Shown piece by piece: positions 58,640 through 64,000 of a stretch of DNA of 64,000 nucleotides. The notes beneath the pieces are model-generated. The model saw nothing but the letters and a program-made list of their open reading frames with translations. It ran no database searches and was not told the origin of the DNA. The stretch is from the human T2T-CHM13v2.0 reference genome, Homo sapiens: contig CP068257.2 of assembly GCA_009914755.4 (NCBI GenBank), positions 29,376,001-29,440,000 on the forward strand, read 5' to 3'. Positions within the stretch are counted from its first letter, which is position 1. Every line of letters begins with the position of its first letter. The translations under genes and the position numbers were made by a program.

Positions 58640-59336
58640 GGGTAATAACATCACCCAGAGATGGATTAGATGACACATGAGACTTTGTATCCCTTTGGGG
58701 CAAGAAGGTTAGCAGGTGTTAGGTTGTTTGGGGGGTGGTTGCATCAAGTTAGAAAGTTAAATATATGTTAAAAAGGTATATATGGTGCCAAGTTAACAAT
58801 GGGTTGACTACGTAGTTTTATGCATGCCAACTGATCTACTAGCACTATGATTCCCAGAATTATCTTCTGGGAAACCTGAGCAAGATTTGGAAGGCAGAAG
58901 TGAACGGCAGCCATTGACTCTTCAAAGACCATCATTGTTAGTGCAACAAGGGATAGAAGCAGAAGTGCTGGCAGATTCCAGCCCTCATTCATGTTTTCCC
59001 TCCTCTGTATCTAGCTCTTCTTCCTGACTGCAAGCTTTGCTGACTGTGATAGGTAATTTTATGTGTCAACTCAGAGGGCATTTTGAGATGAAATTAACAT
59101 TTAAATCAGTGAACTATTAGGTAAAGTAGATTGCCTTCCACAATGTGGGTGGGCCTCATCCAATACGTTAAAGGCCTGAACTGAACAAAAAGATCAGCCT
59201 CCCTGAGCAAGAGGAACTTCTCCAACAGACTGCCTTCAGCCTTTATCTGCACCATCAGCTCTCCAGGATCTCAGACTTGCCAGTCCCCCTGCAGATTTTA
59301 GACTTCCCAGCCGTCGTAATCACGTGAGCCAATTCC

Positions 59337-59480
59337 ATAGATAGAAAGATGGGTGGATGGATGGATAGATAGATGATAAACAGATGATAGACAGATGGAG
59401 ATAGACAGATAGATAGATGATATACAGATAGACGATATACGGATAGATGGGTAGATAGATAGGCAGGCAGGCAGATAGAT
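59337..59480. repeat. Degenerate tetranucleotide (GATA)n/(GGAT)n/(CAGG)n repeat block
   Basis: atagatagaaagatgggtggatggatggatagatagatgataaacagatgatagacagatggagatagacagatagatagatgatatacagatagacgatatacggatagatgggtagatagataggcaggcaggcagatagat. Confidence 0.9.
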
Positions 59481-60667
59481 CCTACTGGTTCTTTCTCTCT
59501 GGAGAGCCTGAACACACGGGCCAGCAATCTTTCCAGGCCCATAACCAGATGCAAAGGCAACAACAGGGTTCCCAGGCTCCTTCCCAGTTTCATTCCTCAG
59601 CTGCTGCCCCTGCCTTCCCACATTCCTTTGTGAACTCTGCCCTTGTCCACTTGCACTAGCATTTCAGAAGGCACGGTTATAGACATTTCTCTGATCCTCC
59701 AACCCCTCCTTGTAAACTATACTTCTCCGGCCCCTTCCATAATGGTATAAGGCTTTATTCCTATGATAAATCCCTTATTCTATAAAACTCGTAATGGTTC
59801 TGCTGTCTTTATTGTACCATGACTGATACAATATATTACCATTTTGTGCAAAAGAAATTGTGCTAACATTCTCAGCATAGGCAGTAAAGCACTCACACTG
59901 TAAAATGGTTCTCATTTCTTGTCCCATTCATCCACTCATTCATTCACTGAGGAAACATTTGCCGAATACCTACCATCGGCCAGGTGCTGTTCTAAGACAG
60001 CAGACTTAAAATACACAAAGGGCTGTGATGTGAATATGATCAGCATCTAGAACTATAACCACTGAAGGGAAATTGCCAGGAGGAGATTTCAGTTCAATAT
60101 TAAGAACTTTCTGACAATTAAAACTGCCTCAAAGGAATGGCCTCTCTGTTCTAAGGTAGTAAGGGCCTAGTACTACAGAAATTACCTAGCAACTTACTTA
60201 CTTACTTCTGACACATCAGAAGCCCTGATGCATCAGTTAGCAGAGTTTGAATATTCACCAGGTTCAATTTTATATTTATATTTGGTGATTCCAATATATT
60301 ATATGCTATCTGTGAGATTTTGAGACTCTATATTCTGTCTGTATTCTAAGGTGACTATGAGATATAGTAGGATTATATAGTAGTCTCAGAATAATACCAA
60401 AAAGGGAAGAGAACAGGTGTCTTTTCTTTACCATATGCCAGGCAATATTCATTAGTTGTTTTATAATCCTCCCAAAACTCTAAAAAGTAAGTGTTATTAT
60501 CCCCTCTCTATGGATAAAGACGCTGAAATTCAGCAAGTTATAGTGACTTATCCAAACATCTCAGCCACCAATCAGAAGAAACTGAAAACTTTCTGACCCC
60601 AAACCTATGTTTTTTCTTATGCTGTATCACCCTCAAGTTTCAGCATTTTTATGTAAGAATTAGTATG

Positions 60668-60934
60668 GGTCGGGCACAGTGGCTCACGCCTGTAATCCCA
60701 GCACTTTGGAAGTCCCAGTCAGGTGGATCATCTGAGGTCAGGAGTTCAAGACCAGCCTGACCAACACGGAGAAACCCCATCTCTATTAAAAATACAAAAT
60801 TAGCCAAGCATGGTGGCGCATCCCTGTAATCCCAGCTACTCGGGAGGCGGAGGTTGCGGTGAGCCGAGATCGTGCCATTGCTCTCCAGCCTGGGCAACAA
60901 GAGTGAAACTCTGTCTCAAAAAAAAAAAAAAAAG
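60668..60934 (+). mobile_element. Alu (S-like, slightly truncated right arm)
   Basis: ggtcgggcacagtggctcacgcctgtaatcccagcactttggaagtcccagtcaggtggatcatctgaggtcagg… Target-site duplication aagaat(ta)(g)tatg. Confidence 0.9.
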
Positions 60935-63181
60935 AATATGATTACTATTCATAATTATTGTAAGATTATTAACTTTCACATAATAAAGCATAATTCCCCA
61001 TTTTTCAGGTCAAATCTTAATGCATGCATATTTCAATATATCTTAGAATATATATTGTATTAAATATATTAAGACAATAACACTACATCATTTGTCAAAT
61101 GTTTTGTATGTTCCAACCACTCCAAAGTGCTTTACATTCTCAATTCATCCTCACAGGAGTCCTGCAAATGGAGATATTTTTTAGCCTTATCCTACAGATA
61201 AGAACAATGAAAATCAAAGAGGCTAAGACATGTTTCTAAAGTTGATCAGCAACTAGAAAGTGGCAAGGCTGGAATTCCAATTTTGTTCTGGTTGACTTTG
61301 AAGCTCCTTTTCCATGTTCTGGGTACCCTGGCTTACTCTCTCCCTTGGGCTGGGGCGGGGATGGTAGATTTTTCTTACCATATTTTGCAAGATGACTTGC
61401 CCTTTCTCCTATATCTTCCAAGATTATTTGCTGCCTTCTCCCTCTGGTTGTCTCCTTAAACAGCTTCTTGTTTATTTCTATAACAGTTTCTACTTTCAGC
61501 CCCATTTAAAATAAAAATTAGGAAGACTCACCCCATCAAGCCATTTCAATATGTGGAATTGGTTGAGCAAATAAAAAAAATTTGAGAATACTGAAGTTGC
61601 CATGGATGACATATTACTACCATTCGTTGTAATTTAGGTGTTGTAAGCTTTTTTTGTTTTTTCCACTTTGCTCAATCAAGCACTCCTAACTTGATGGTCT
61701 TGCTTCTAGCTATGATTCAAATCCACGGAGGATTTCATTTTGACTTTAAACTATAGCTGATTTGCTGTAGGAGATGCTTAAGACAACCAGAGATATAAAT
61801 TGCCTCATCTACCGCCAAGGGAAAAATGATTGTATCTTGTAATATGAACCTCAGGATAGGGACGAGCTTGTTGGCTATATACTCCTGTTACCAACATCAG
61901 CTACAAAGAAGAAAAATAGAATTGAGGAGAAGATCATTTGTTTTCAGCTCATTACAGGGAAAGGAAAACTACGTTAGTATATATGATTCATATATAAAGA
62001 GGAACATATACATAAACACACAGTGGGAGAGAAGCAAGCTAGCATTTATTAAGTCTTAATATATACCAAGAGCTTCAGGTATCTTAAACAACCCTAAGAG
62101 ATTTGGTTATTTCCATATTATGAAGGAAAGAATTGCAAAAACAAAAAAATCTGAGTTTATAAACCCCTCCTAAAGTCCAGATTTTCTGTACCATATTCTA
62201 TTGACTTTATGTACAATCTTACATAAATTCCTCTTAGAAATTCTGAGATCGTTGTATATCACTTACCTTTAATATTTCAGAATGAAAATAAAGTCATGAA
62301 TCTCTAAACGGGACTTCAGACTCATCTGCAGCCTCTACCAATTGTTCCCTCTTCTTTAGTTTTTCTTACCCTGTTTACAAGTGCCCCTATGTTTAAGTCT
62401 TGACAAAAATTGTTTGGAAGCTTTGATGTTTATATTGAAAGTGCATAGAAAAAAAATTTGTTTCTCCCACTTAGAAAGCATTAGAAAACTTCTAGCTACC
62501 TGGAGATGACATCTATTGTTATGAGGAGCCCAAAGCCCATCTCACTTGATTTGGGGGCAACATCTTGCCCTCCTGTGGAAAATCACCCTCCTCCTCGCTG
62601 GTGGTGTTGATGGAGTTGTCATTTAGGATGCCTCCCCTTTCCTGATTCAGGGGCAATAAACTAGGTCGGATTCTCCCTGTCCCCAACAAGGATTCAAATA
62701 TCGTGCAGCAAACTTCAAAGACAGAAAACATTTGTAGCAGATTTATCCCAAAAGTGATGCTCACAGACACTGTCCATTATTCTCCTCACTCTGCCCACAT
62801 GCTTGTCCCACTTATTGCTTATTTATTTATCTTTTTCTTTGGTTCTGTGTGCTATCCCATATCCTCCCATTACATTCCTTTATTTTTCTCTCCCTGTTAT
62901 TAGCTAGAGGTAGCTTCTGTTGCCAGCAACCAAAGTGCCTGAGCTGACCATCCAACCATTGATAGGATACGTAGAGCCCCAGTTAGACATTTACAAGTCA
63001 CTGCCTGGGACAAATTGTGACACTGGGCTCCCTGGGTCTCTCTTTCCTGGATGCTTGTGTCTCCTTCCACCTGTGTTTACAGGATGTGCACTTTCATTAT
63101 CAATTTGCCGTGGTCAGCTAATCCCTTCTGAGATGATAATGCATGATAATAGCTAAAGCTGCATCACCAAAAGAGATTTTA

Positions 63182-63526
<345 letters not shown>

Positions 63527-64000
63527 TAGAAAATGTGGCAGACACAGAAGAGTGAGACACTAATCGTGGAATTCCACATATGCTAAGAAAAGATGTACAA
63601 TAAGTCATCCTGTGTAAACAGTGTCTTCCAAGACTCTCCACAATTCATGGAATTTCCCACTCAAGGACTCTGTGTCAATTTTTAATGAACCAGTTACTGA
63701 ACATTGTACCTAAGACCATGACAACTTATGCTCAGCCATTCCATGCTCTTCCATACCCAGTGCAGACAAATTTATTGGGGTTTAATTCAAAATGTGCAAA
63801 AAGAAAAATTTGCAAATTGTTTTTAAAAAGGTACCATCTACTCTCACTATTAGGAGCAAGTTTTACTACAGATTGCTCAAATAATAAATTCCTGGGATTG
63901 AGGCCCGTCTACATTACCTTGTGGTGCTTCTTTTTCTCTGTACACACTCACAGCGTAATCAGAGTAAACTACTGCAATGCATACCATCTTGCAGATGTTT

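Overview
This window is primate, almost certainly human, nuclear DNA, not a microbial locus. It is AT-rich, CpG-depleted, and carries about 28 Alu elements, several L1 fragments and about ten MaLR/ERV LTRs; I estimate over 40% interspersed repeat. I can support one intact protein-coding gene and one pseudogene. The gene is a single-exon, Gly/Tyr-rich keratin-associated protein of the KRTAP19 family (63 aa, minus strand, 30013-30204). It has a TATA box and a hair-keratin-type LEF1 motif upstream, and an AATAAA downstream. From memory it matches KRTAP19-7, which would place the window in the chr21q22.11 KRTAP cluster. The pseudogene is a 5'-truncated, frameshifted processed copy of UBE3A (minus strand, about 51735-54912; UBE3AP2 maps to this region). 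It sits inside an older antisense L1M, flanked by a 9-bp target-site duplication, and was later split by an Alu that has its own duplication. Every other ORF of 60 aa or more in the supplied track is either Alu/L1/LTR-derived or lacks any coding signature. I found no tRNA or rRNA, no CRISPR array, no operon-like architecture and no evidence of a novel biological system. The interest lies in the reconstructable nested retrotransposition history, the KRTAP promoter architecture, a CpG-retaining solo ERV LTR, inverted and tandem Alu pairs, and several microsatellites. Coordinates of repeats are by-eye estimates, about ±5 bp; family names come from memory of consensus sequences, not database searches.
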